DNA of 64,000 nt from contig NC_092675.1 of the NCBI RefSeq assembly GCF_964355755.1, forward strand, positions 30,228,912-30,292,911. Reading direction: 5' to 3'. A model generated the notes under the pieces. It had not been told where the DNA came from. It saw only the letters and a list, made by a program, of their open reading frames with translations, and did not search any database. Both the position numbers and the translations under genes were made by a program. This DNA comes from Antedon mediterranea. Lineage: Eukaryota > Animalia > Echinodermata. Shown piece by piece: positions 42,504-54,455 of the stretch; the stretch's first letter is position 1; each line of letters starts with the position of its first letter.

Positions 42504-42644
42504 AGCACTGTCTACACAATCAAACTATATGTGACAACAAAAATGTGATTTGCCCATATATGGACACGGTGACGCCATATCACTACCATATTTAGGCACA
42601 TTACACTTTTTTTGTCAAACTAGTTTGATAGTGTAGATAGAGCC
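42504..42644. mobile_element. MITE family A in putative Scl intron
   Basis: AGCACTGTCTACAC…GTGTAGATAGAGCC flanked by TTA on both sides (3-bp TWA target duplication typical of PIF/Harbinger). Confidence 0.8.
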
Positions 42645-43799
42645 TTAGATATTTAGATTTTTACTGACTGTAATCAATACTATGCCATCTTATAATTTCA
42701 AGTATTTTATGAACGTATCATGTTTTATTACGGTTTAGGAACGGTTATTGTGTTTGTTGATTTGCTTGTATGTGAACCTGTCCGTTAATTGTCCAAATTA
42801 ACTGCAATGTTTCCTTTGATATAAAAACAGGAAGTATAAACGACAGATACACATGACTGCATGAACACTAACATAGTTCAACTTAAAATACAGCCTATTT
42901 AAACTTATCCATCCATGAAACATTTCGTTTATAAAAGTATATTGTCAAGAAAAATTCTAGGTAAATCAATAGACCTAAACATTTTATTTTCAACTGCTTA
43001 AAAAATGTGAACAGGTAAAATGAAAACCGAACAAAATTTAAGTTAATAAATTTTAATTTCTTTAATTTGTGAGCTAACCATGAAAACTGACCAATTGATT
43101 TAAAGTAAAGTTTCTTTAATTTGACCAACATTAAACAACTGTAAAGGAAATGATAATAAAAACATTAGGGCCTATATTTTGTTGGCCTTTTCTTTTAATG
43201 TAGATATCTACATGAGAAGGAAGTGTTCTATCAGATATATTAGGTCTATATATATGTATGTGGGTGGGGTTTAAGTAGCTTTCTTAGAAGCTGCTTCTGA
43301 TGCCAGGCCTTTAGAATCAGGCCAATTTATTTATCTTTTGGTCATTTTCGTAATCTAAATGGGTAGCTTTTTCAGACGTCTGTAATCGTATTCTTCCTGT
43401 TCATTATCCACATGATATTTTTGACGCAACAACCTTTTTTATTATTAGTATTAAATTTCAAACAAAATTTCTTTCTCGTAACAGTTAAACAGAATTAATC
43501 TTTTATATATTTCCAAACATTTGTTAATTTATTTCATGAAATTTAGATTATCTTTTAATAATATATATATTATAAGATAATTGATAATGTGGCTTTAGAT
43601 AATAAATTGACCTGTGAGAATATGCCTTAAGCAGGAACGAAAGTTCATCGAAATTGTTCATTAATATTTAGGAGACCTACATTGGCAAAGATGAGTTAAT
43701 ACATGTTTAGTTTTTAAAATCACGAACATTCGTATGTATAATGTAATGTTTATACAAATGATATACTCGGAATTCAATATTTTTTTTAATCCCCAGAAC

Positions 43800-43930
43800 A
43801 TTTGAATATTTAATATTTTATGTGTTTTTACTGTATGTATGTTTTATTGAGGGCCCTGAATGATCAGTTCTATTAGGAACTGGATAGGCTACCCTCGGTA
43901 AAGATGGTAATAAATAAATAAATAAAATAA
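43800..43930 (+). mobile_element. Probable 3' tail of a LINE/SINE (stem-loop plus (TAAA)n)
   Basis: GAGGG…CAGTTC-TATTAG-GAACTG…CCCTC hairpin followed by AATAAATAAATAAATAAA. Confidence 0.4.
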
Positions 43931-46259
43931 AAAGATGTAACCAAAAAAAATTAGTTATGATTTTAGAAAATAATACCTCTCAGGTTAATTATGTCCACTC
44001 ATTCTTTATTAATAATTATGCCTAATATAGCAAATTTGTTAATAATGTACGTATAGGTCCATGATAGCAATCGGAATGGATTAGCATTGTCTTAGGCATA
44101 ATACATTAAGACCATAAACGTGTAAACAGAATGTTTGAAGAGGCACGTTTTGCCATTTAAGCGGTTTTGATTTTGGTTTGAGCACATTCAGGCTTTACAA
44201 TAGCCTACTATTTTAGTTTTTTAAAAACATACCTGCTTATTTTAGAATAATAAAAAATACCATAAACTATCAAACCGGAATAAGAAGGTTTTCTTAAAAT
44301 AGAAATCAGGAAAAGGAATTAAACGAGTAACTCAATGCAGGTACAAAGCTACTAGTGTGTTTGTTTCCCTATTCAGGCAAGGCATATGCTTTGCTTATTT
44401 TTTAGGAAGGTGTGTAGTTCCTCCATGCTTTAGGCCCATCTTCTCTTTCATTAAGACGTTAAAACAAACATAACATCTTAAGATACCGGTTTGGCCTGTA
44501 AACCGTCTTTTAAAATGGTCGACTCTTTTGTTTCATAAGGCATATTATGTCTCTACTAATTACAATCAGGAAATTGAGGAAATCACAATTTGCTCGTTAT
44601 GTTTGCTAAATCATATACTATTACTGTATAATGTTTACTATCAAATTCAAAAAGTTATTTTAATATTCATTGTCTTTCGCAAAAACAAGAATTGAGTCGC
44701 AAATTATTCGTTTCTATTTCATATTTCCTGAAGTGAAATATCTAAAATAAATAAACCCTTTAATTACTTAGACATATTGTCTTCAGCTTTTTGGCCACAC
44801 CTACCTGTAGGATTGAGAAGCAAGTAGTTTCTATTTCGTAATAGCTAAAATATAAATGGTAACGAGTAAATATAATAATTATAAGCTGTGGTAACTATTC
44901 CGTAATAGACACACACTAGAATTGTGGATTTTCCACGGCCATTAGAAGCCTGGGTCATCCCGTAATGCAGCAATCAAAGATAACCAAAGTGAAACTAGTG
45001 TGTCGTACACTGATAATATGCCTATTAATCAATTCAGATTTCAGACTAAGAAAAAAAAAAGAAATCTCCCCACAACTGACCTAATTTTAATGTATCGAGA
45101 AGAAAGATGATTGAATGTAATTTAGGGATTAACTTATTATTTAAATTGACATAAACAATGATTAGGTTTGCATCTTTTTTTTTTTTCTTTTTTTTAAAAA
45201 TATATTTAGTCAAATTGCCAAGGATAACCATAAGCGAATTCAGTCACTATCCTTCTTATAAAGGTGGCAATCCACAAGACAAACTATTTATACACAAGAT
45301 GCTCTACAAAAACAAAGTCTTATTATTTTGGAATGAGTTGAAAATTGTTATTAGAAAAAATCCTGACATATGAAAGAACTTAAACCCAGGACACTTGGAT
45401 TGGTAGCCAACTTCATTATATCACTACTGACGACAACAATTAATTATTACAATTCAAATATCGACAGAGAGTTGCTAACTAAACTACCGATACCACTGGC
45501 GATGATACAGTACCTCCTCCTATTACAATCTATATTATATTATAATCCTTTCGTAGTCCTTTGCATTGGGAACCCTAATAAAAGAACGAATATTTATCTT
45601 ATAGATGGTAAATAGTATGATAATATAAGTAAAAGATTAGAATATGTTTCTCATTATGTTAGTTTCATATTCATATCTATTCATATCCTTTAAATAATAT
45701 TAAATCGAAATTCCCCTCAAACATATATTTTGATACAAGTATTTGTATGATATGGGACTACCTTGGCAGCAGCTTGAATGAGAGACGGGAAAGCGCAGCT
45801 TTCAAAATGATTAAATAGTTCCTAAACGTCGCAACATGCTCACAAATTGGGGTTTACTGAAGAGAGGGGTGATTGTTATCTTAATTATTTCGCACCAGGT
45901 TGGCCCAAGGGGGTAACAAGGATATGAAATATTGCAAAGTTTACATATAAATAAGAAATTGCGAGCAGTCATTTGATTCGATTACAACGGTGGCTTCCGC
46001 TTGATAAGAGAAAAGGAGAGATTTTCCAGACTAACATCTGTAGAAATTGGATATAGTAAGAGGGCGTTATTAAATTCTGTCTGTCATAAATGTATTCAAT
46101 TTCAATAAATATGTTTATACATGTGATTACAATTTTTTATTATTAGTATGCACTGCAATGTTTGATTACAAGTTAACACATTTTATTTGTTTTTACAGGA
46201 ACTTTCTTCAAGGAATACTGTAAACACTGGCTGTTTGTGTTTCTTCACCTTTTATCAGC

Positions 46260-47417
46260 ATGGGCCTCGGATCACCTGATGTAACACAAGGTCCAACAGT
46301 GGCAGTTCCACGAGTGGAAATTCCAAGAGAGCAACACCAACCAGTAAACTTAAGTCTTCACACTAGTGTTAAAATGATGTGTAAATCGCCAAGTGACGTA
46401 CTGGAAGCCGGAACCATTTCACCTGGCAGGGAACTTTTGAGTCCTGAACATTTGGACAATGTATCACCATTATCGCCATTTGATAGTAAAACAACAACAA
46501 AACAACTTATTGAAGCAGCTTTGAACCCAAATGATATTTTTAATATGAATTTAAATAATAACATTTTGACCAAAGATCAATGTGAAAAACATAATACAGT
46601 GTTAGACCAGAAGTTTTCGATTAAAAACGCATCGCGTGTAGCCTCTATTGCAAATTTACTGTCTCTGCCGATAGATCATCCAGAAATGCACAAAGCACCA
46701 ATAAGTCCTCAAGTAACTTGGTCACACCCTGCTGTCGTCAACCCAACAATGACAGCGCATGGTTTCTCAGAGCTTCAAAGTCCCCTATTTCCTGGCAATT
46801 CACAAAAGACTGGAGTTTTCTTTGCCGGTCGCTCTTTTCCTAAAGGTATGCTAGACCGTCCGTCTCCACCTAAAGTTCAACGTCGAGTGTTTACCAATAG
46901 TCGTGAACGATGGAGACAACAAAACGTCAACTCCGCTTTTACAGAACTTCGAAAACTCCTACCAACACATCCCGTAGATAAGAAGATGAGTAAAAATGAA
47001 ATTTTACGTCTTGCAATAAGGTACATAGACTTTTTAATTCAGTTACGTGATGACCAAGAAGAACATCCAGAAGAAAAAGTACGAAAAGTATGTGTGGGCA
47101 GAATAGGACGAAGTGTTGCTGAGAGCACGGAAGATGTAAAACCAAAAACTGGTGGTAAATACAGCGTAAATGCAGCTGGACGAACCTATGTAAGTCGTGT
47201 CACAAGGCATAAACGAGAACGAAGTTCTTCTGAAAGTACAAGTGGTTTTGGTGAATGCGGTCAAACAACTCCAGGAGGCTGCGACGTTGAAAGTTTATGC
47301 GGAAGCGCGGGAAGTATTTGTGAGAGCGCAAACGGTTATTATAGTGACGAAAATGGCGTCACGAGCGGAAGATCAAGTCCAGTTTGGTATTCACCTGCAA
47401 GTGGAATAAGTAATTGA
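46260..47417 (+). CDS. TAL1: SCL/TAL1/LYL1-family class II bHLH transcription factor, 385 aa, single coding exon
   Basis: The b[57 protein letters not shown] (~46875-47048) closely matches the TAL1/TAL2/LYL1 consensus [52 protein letters not shown]. There is an in-frame TAA at 46221 upstream, splice acceptors at 46197-46198 and 46257-46258, and AATAAA at 47742 and 47768. An invertebrate gene would be co-orthologous to TAL1/TAL2/LYL1. Confidence 0.95.
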   Translation: MGLGSPDVTQGPTVAVPRVEIPREQHQPVNLSLHTSVKMMCKSPSDVLEAGTISPGRELLSPEHLDNVSPLSPFDSKTTTKQLIEAALNPNDIFNMNLNNNILTKDQCEKHNTVLDQKFSIKNASRVASIANLLSLPIDHPEMHKAPISPQVTWSHPAVVNPTMTAHGFSELQSPLFPGNSQKTGVFFAGRSFPKGMLDRPSPPKVQRRVFTNSRERWRQQNVNSAFTELRKLLPTHPVDKKMSKNEILRLAIRYIDFLIQLRDDQEEHPEEKVRKVCVGRIGRSVAESTEDVKPKTGGKYSVNAAGRTYVSRVTRHKRERSSSESTSGFGECGQTTPGGCDVESLCGSAGSICESANGYYSDENGVTSGRSSPVWYSPASGISN

Positions 47418-50097
47418 ATGAGTCTAGCTTTTTGAAGTGTCGACATTAAACTATCCTCAACGTGTATACAATAATGACACGGTATCATTAAGACCTTTAA
47501 CACGGAAGTAATTGTCTTAACACATCAAAAAGTAAACAGGTGTTTGGGTTGTAAAGGTGTGCCAAATACAAATTCACACGTATCAAAAGATATTTTAATA
47601 TTCTATTACAATTATTTATGTTTTGTATATTTTTTACACAAAATTTCTTGATTGAAAATTCCAATCACCAAAAATTTGTTACTTTTATATAATGTAAAGA
47701 TTGAAATTTTGGAAGATAGGCTGGTTCTATCCAAATTACGTAATAAATTTTAATATTTTTTCTTGTTAATAAAACTGAGTTTTATCTGATACAAATATTG
47801 ATCAATATAAATTGAGACTGTTAACAAATTCAGCAGAAAACAAATAATTTTAAAAGGTATACTTCAAATTTTCACATTTATCTAGGCTAACTATTGCTTT
47901 GAAATCAATTTTCCACAAACATTTAGAACCGGTTCTGAAGTATTTCAGAGGTGGTTCATCGATGGAACACTTTTATGGCTTGATATTTTTTTCTGTTTAG
48001 GTGGGTTACTGGCCGCAACCAGTATAAAGTGTTCATGTCAATAGAAAGTTCATGATCAGATAGTTTTAGTGCTTAAGCATAGATTCACCGCGTTATAGAT
48101 TACATTGAAATCCGCAGTAAGTGATTTGATTGGTTAGTATTTTAAGTTAAGACATTTTATACAGGAAGCAATAGCCTAGAACAACGAATTTCCCGGTTCA
48201 CTAACACCAAGACAAACTTATAACCTTTTTGTTGTCCGATTTACTGTTCAATAAATTTATGTCAATAGATTCTATGTCAATGCCAATAAATTGGGGATTT
48301 TAATTTAATCACCTACGATCAGATTGTTTAACTTATTATAGTTATAATATTAAAACATTAGTATACCCAGACTATAATTAATGTTTCACATTTTCTGCAG
48401 TAATATTGCTGGTTGGTACTTTAATAATACATAATATAGTCTCGTTGCGTTTTTACGTTACGTCGAATGGATGAAACTTGTCTTGAGAGTAGATATTAGT
48501 AGAGTCGATTTGATATTTTTTTTAAAGGCGTCACACTTATTGTTCATCGTCGACATGTAAATTAACAGGAACTGTACATTAAGATCCACTAAATCTTGCC
48601 AAGGTTGCTGTCTTTAAACATCGAATGGGTAAAACAATACAACATTAGCTAAACAATAACAAAGTAATTACACTTTTTATGTAGACTATTATTATTATTC
48701 AATTTTGACCCGATCAAAACAAAAGAGAAAATTTAAATACAAATAATCGTTCCAAATATTGTTTTTAAGATGTTTTTTATAATTAATTATTGACTGTTAT
48801 TTATCTAGTCCTATTCATAGCTAATGGAAATTCTTTCTGTATTGGTTATCACTCTTGTATTGTTTTGACCAACAAACCCATGCTACTCATTCCTCCCTGT
48901 AATTTAACCATAGAACTCTCGCCTACAAGTGTTGTAAAATACAATACAATTTATTTAAGAATTAAGATAAGATATCCAATATTTTTGTAAAAAAAAGATA
49001 AAAAATGAAAATCAAGATATATATTAATGATTCGGACAGGGTCCGTCGTAAAGATATGAATGATAGGTGACGTTTCTACTGGTTGGCACGTCACACGCTC
49101 GAGTTTTTCATACGTTCAGGTGAAGTTAATCAAAGAACAGGAATTGGTAATATCAATTAAAGATCTTCAATATTACGAAAACAAACCTTTGAATTGGTAG
49201 AAAACATGCGTAAACTATATTATTTCCATCATGTGAAATACAACGTGCTATGTTTATTGCTAATATTATATGGCAATTAGAGGTTTTGGCCTTTTAACAT
49301 AATTGTATGGGATGTACTCACTTGTAAAGATCTGTATTTTTTGTACATATTGAAATTAATAAAAAGAACTATAGAATAACAGTTGACTTAGTTTCATTAT
49401 TTTGAGTTAAAAACAATTTTGAAAAGTTGTTTTGTTAATTGATAGGCCTACTAGTGGATGGAAATGGAAGGGTGGATGGTGAGTGAGTGGTGTTGCTGGT
49501 CAGTGATGATTGACGCGAGGAAACACAGGTCAACGGGTTAAAGTGAAATATAATAACATATGGAAAATATTATTTGATTCATAATTAATGAAAAACGGCG
49601 TGTGCATACTCCTTATGTTGACGCCCACATCACGAATGATAAAATTGAATGTGACGAATTTACGACTTTATCGCTTCAATTCGCCAGCACCCATCTACAT
49701 CTGCCCAAAATAACTTCAACCCGTCAGACCGTACCCCCACCTTCTCCAATGCTCAAACCCCCGTATAGTCTACTATGACCAAGGACAATTACCATGACAA
49801 AGCCGAGGAGAACTTAATGATTTCACTGTTTACTGTCAGATACCTATTAGCATGGGAACAAATCGATTGTATTAAACTCGGAAGTTACATACGCCGGTTG
49901 CAAATTAATACAACAGGTGGATAGTGGTCCGATAAATTGACCACCAATTGATAGAAACTGTTAATTTAGAAAATAATATATATTCAGGGTCATGTAAGCT
50001 AGTTATGACCCTGGTTTAAATGACAATTAAGTACATAATTATTCTTATGAGAAAAAAAGTCAAATTACCTCTACGCGGAGTTCTTGATCAATTTGTC

Positions 50098-50635
50098 ATT
50101 CATGGTTTTATCACTTCTCGTCTGGATTATTGCAATTCTCTGTTCTATGCCCTTCCGAATTTTCAAATTAATCGTCTTCAACGACTACAGAACTCGGCTG
50201 CTCGTATCATTACGTTCACTAACCGTCGCTCTCACATTTCACCTGTTCTTCGAGAACTTCACTGGCTCCCCATTGACAATCGAATCAAATTTAAAATCTT
50301 GCTCCTTACTTTTAAAGCACTTCTTTTCAACCAACCTGCTTACATCCGTCAATTAATCACCTTTTATGTTCCTGGACGGACTCTTAGATCATCTGATGAT
50401 TTTTTACTCTCTGTTCCACGCATAGCCACTAAAACCTTTGGTCATAGATCGTTTTCTTTTGCTGCACCCACACTCTGGAATTCACTCCCCCCACAAATTA
50501 AACACTGCTCTTCTGTTGCCTTATTTAAAAAATTGCTCAAAACTCATTTTTTCGACCACTAACATGCCCAGCGCCTTTGATTTTGTACCTCGGTCTTTGA
50601 ATTGACGCTTAATTTATAAATTTTGATATAATAAT
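50098..50635 (+). mobile_element. 5'-truncated non-LTR retrotransposon (L2/Crack-like, CR1 group): ORF2 C-terminus, 3'UTR and (TAA)n-like tail
   Basis: Protein motifs [53 protein letters not shown] and [10 protein letters not shown]. Stop at 50562. Flanked by the direct repeat AATTTGTC (50090-50097 and 50636-50643). Confidence 0.9.
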
Positions 50636-51689
50636 AATTTGTCTTTCGTTACTGTTACTGTTACAATTCTTCAAGTTTTGAACCTAAACCAACAGTTTTC
50701 ATAGATAGAGACGAGATCATTTTAAATACTTTATTCGGAATCACCAATGCACAATGGAACACATTTGTTCTAATTGAAAAATTAAGAAACAATAATAATA
50801 ATAGGTCTGTATGGAATATATTATTAATATATTTAATAAATGTGACCATGCAGTTCTTCTAATAATTTTAGCATGAATTAATTAATTAAATTAAATTAAA
50901 GCAGTAACTTACTCAACTTAGTTAACTTAATAACTTAGTAGTTAAAATATATTGCAGTGAGTTTCAACAACGTAATAGAACATACTGATCTAAGAGGAGA
51001 AGATGTTTATGTTGAATGTTAATCATTCTAATGATACACATTAATTACAAGGTCAGGACCTTTTTAAACATACTATTACTAGCCCTATATCCTGACTTAT
51101 TTTCTTTCGATGCGTTTTCTATTTTATTGGTCTAAGTTCAACGTAGCTAACCATTTCCGCCGATATGCTCCAACCAATAAAGCACCGTCAAACTGAAATT
51201 GGTTGCTCTCTCCCCTTCTAGCCGCATTACCAAAACTGTTTTTTAAATAGGTGGGGTCGATGGTCTAAAAAATGTAAAAGGTGTGCTGAACTTAACCTAA
51301 CGTTCTATATCCTTTACATTGCAATTGGACTCATGTCCTGCCTATGAGGCACTAATTCCTCTTTAGCCAATCAGGACATTTTTTGAGTTTACTCATTCTA
51401 AATGAAGACATGGGTCCTAGTCTATTTAGGACTATCGGTCTTTATTATAATTGACTTGAGTATTTTGCTGTTTCACCTTAACATTTTATAATTATAAAGA
51501 CAATTTTGAAGGTTTGTTTATCTCATTACTCACTGTACCATGTTTACGGTAATGTTGTTGTTTTATTATTTTGTATTCAATTATCAATTTTTGTTTGAAA
51601 TTAATTTTGTTCACTGAAACTTTTTTCATTTAACTGTTATCGTTGGTGGCGCATTTCCTTCCCATCATTCTTTCTCGATAGCTTTTTGG

Positions 51690-51806
51690 TTTGGGTCGTC
51701 GATTAATGGCGGATTTCGTTTTCTTGAGAGTTCGCGCGATGATCCAAATTTTAATTAGCTAGGCTTAAACTCATACATCCTTTAAAGAAAAAACTCTGTT
51801 AATAAG
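51690..51806 (+). other. Probable non-coding first exon of HMGXB4; start approximate
   Basis: CpG-containing patch with a YY1-type AATGGCGG (51705) and donor AAG|GTGAGA at 51807. The next acceptor, ttttctctcAG (53271-53272), precedes the ATG exon. Confidence 0.55.
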
Positions 51807-52057
51807 GTGAGATGATATATACATTTGTTGTGCATGCTATAGATTCATTGTATTGCCTATATATTTCTTAGATTCCTAGGCAAGCTTTAGTTAGCCTAGC
51901 TAGACTACTAGTTAGGGCCGGCGGAGGTCTAGTAGCCTACCTAAATAGGTAGGCTAGCCAGCAGACCTACTAGGCTAGTAGTAGTACCAGCCAGTGCCTA
52001 GTAGGCCAAGGCCTATGTCGGTCTGCTAACTAAATCAGGCCTACTCTAGAATTATTA

Positions 52058-53110
52058 CGCTGTGGCTAAAGATACGGTACCGTATCCGAACTTCCGTTTG
52101 CTAAAGGTACGGTAAAATTGCATTACGTCATAATCAGCCAATGGAATGGGGGTGCTGGTACGTGTGTGACGTCATCGTATAATAAGGACTTGGGATTTTT
52201 TTTTCATATCGCGAAATAAAAAACAGTGATCAACCGGCTTTATGCTTAATTATTTAGCGCTATTATAAAATATCCCCGTCGTGTGACAAAAACTAAATGT
52301 GGCCTAGGCCTACGTCTGTTAATTGATAGGCCAAAGCATGTTAATTTTAATTCTAGAATACAGAAATTTACCATTTCAAAAGAGGCGCCTACTACGTACT
52401 GTAACCATGCTATAACCTATAGCCTTGGTATGAGTTTGTTTGCCAGGCTGGGGACAGCTGCATGTGTGCGCTGATTTCTGTGACTAATTAATTAAGACCT
52501 GGGCTAGGCCTATTGTCTAAATCATAGTACAGTATTTGAGGGCCCCTTTATTGTCCGCATTTGCTTTTTGTTTATGGTCACCATCTGTAAACAAAGTTTA
52601 TTAAAAAATATAGGCCTAAATAGGCCATTTGGAATAAAAATAAAACTCTCATACTATTAACTATGGACGAATGAACTCGACGCAACCAAAGAATATATAT
52701 TCTTTGACGCAACACAATTTCCAATCATTGAATTATAATTCCTTTACTTCTAATTTGGCGATCAACATATTTCTAATGTAGTGTAGTGTATAATGTTGTA
52801 CTGACTGTATAATGAAATAATATTTGAGATTGAGTGCATGTTTTAAAACGCTTTATGTAACGTCCACCAACCCATGATCTTGCTCTATTACTACAGCATC
52901 GACGATTCTGGATTCAACATTGCTAGGTCTATTTTTTCTCCGTCGATAGGCATTCTCTACAGACGCGATGTGAAAAAAAAATCCAAAGTCCTTATACGAT
53001 GACGTCACACGCGTACCAGCACCCTATTGGCTGATTATGACGTAATGCAATTTTACCGTACCTTTAGTAGACAGAAGTTAGGATACGGTACCGTATCTTT
53101 AGCCACGGCG
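52058..53110. mobile_element. Non-autonomous DNA transposon with ~155 bp terminal inverted repeats in HMGXB4 first intron
   Basis: 52058-~52213 (CGCTGTGGCTAAAGATACGGTACCGTATCC…TTTTTTCATATCGCG) is the reverse complement of ~52964-53110. TA lies on both outer flanks. Confidence 0.8.
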
Positions 53111-53293
53111 TAATTATTAATACTGATACTTTGCGCAGTTCAACATTTTCTACGCAATTTGGAAGTATTTTGATTCAAATTGCTCAAGAAAATCCCTAAT
53201 TTAGCCATAAAACTGGGACCACAGTACGATTTGTAAAGATTGTAAGTTTAAGTACGTTAAATTTTCTCTCAGACTTTGGTAACAACAATTACC

Positions 53294-53387
53294 ATGTCGA
53301 CACGAAATAAGCGAAAGCGAACATCAGAAGCAGCAGAATTGGAATTGAAAAGTGTAAAAGAGGAGCCTGATGAAGGATCTTCAGCAG
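53294..53387 (+). CDS. HMGXB4: HMGXB4 coding exon 1 (MSTRNKRKRTSEAAELELKSVKEEPDEGSSA)
   Basis: Kozak-like accATG, acceptor at 53272, and phase-1 donor G|GTACT that joins in frame (G+AA) to the exon at 54456. Confidence 0.75.
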
Positions 53388-53628
53388 GTACTGTAACCTT
53401 TTTGTTTTGTTTATGGTTATTTCAAACCACAGATACAATACTGTAACAATTGCATGCCTATAGTACTGTAGTTTCTCAATAAGGTTTAAATACAGTATTC
53501 TGATCCTAAATGATAGAAAACACCCAAGCAACTTACTGATCCTCCTTGAACATGAATCTAACTTACTAATCTAACTTACTGATCCTCCTTGAACATGAAT
53601 CTAACTTTTTAATGGACTTGCACACTAA

Positions 53629-54405
53629 GGTCGTGTTTATACAACACCCTAAATTTGAACACGGCTTAAATTTTTAGCGTGTTGTTCGGACCGAGGTCAA
53701 CCCACCTTAACGTTTGCTGTTATACTAGAAATCACGATACCGTGTTGTACCGGAAGTTTCATCAACACGCAGTGCATGCTAGGATAAAAGGTCAAATCGT
53801 TGATCGCTTGAATTGAATTGTTGGCTGGGTTGTTGTCAACAAATCATCGTCGCCTCCTCGCTGTCCGATGTATTCGCGCGGTTTTTACCATTTTCATTAT
53901 TGTATTCGTTCACGTTTGCATTGTTGTTTATTTTGTTCTCGGTTCATTTAAATTAATAAAAGTTATTTTAAGGGTTTCATTGTTTCATCTATACACTATG
54001 GAAGAAGATTCCATTTTTGCGATGTTATTTTTTATTCTGTTTGGAGTGGGAAACGATAGTCTATAGAGGCCTACTACCACTACGAGTTGGCCCTACCAGG
54101 CTAGGCGTAAGACGTGGTAGGAGGATGATTGCTGGCAGCGAAGCAGCAATAAATGGGCCCAATCTTGTTAGACGTCGCATGACATGATTGATATTACGAC
54201 CTGTTTTAACGAGAGGTCAAAATATACCCTGAGGACACTTCCAACACGGTAACGGCGACCGGGAATCCACCAAATTTTAGGATTCAGCCAAGTAGCCTTT
54301 TTTGCAATTAAAATCTCATTACACGGAATCTCTTTGTTGTTATACAACACACTTCTCGTAGGCGTGTAGAATATGCGTGTAATAGCGTGTTGTATAAACG
54401 CGCCC
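53629..54405. mobile_element. Non-autonomous PIF/Harbinger-like DNA transposon (777 bp) in HMGXB4 intron
   Basis: TIRs GGTCGTGTTTATACAACAC and GTGTTGTATAAACGCGCCC match at 17/19. TAA target duplication on both sides. No intact transposase. Confidence 0.8.
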
Positions 54406-54455
54406 TAATATACAGTTACATAATTATTATTTAATATATTTGTGTTTATTTGTAG

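Noticed and set aside
46358-47409. Antisense and alternative-frame ORFs over Scl (and similarly over HMGXB4 exons)
   Set aside because: Shadow ORFs of real coding exons.
50020-50097. N-terminal 26 codons of the 180-aa ORF
   Set aside because: They lie outside the LINE's target-site duplication; chance read-in, not a host gene.
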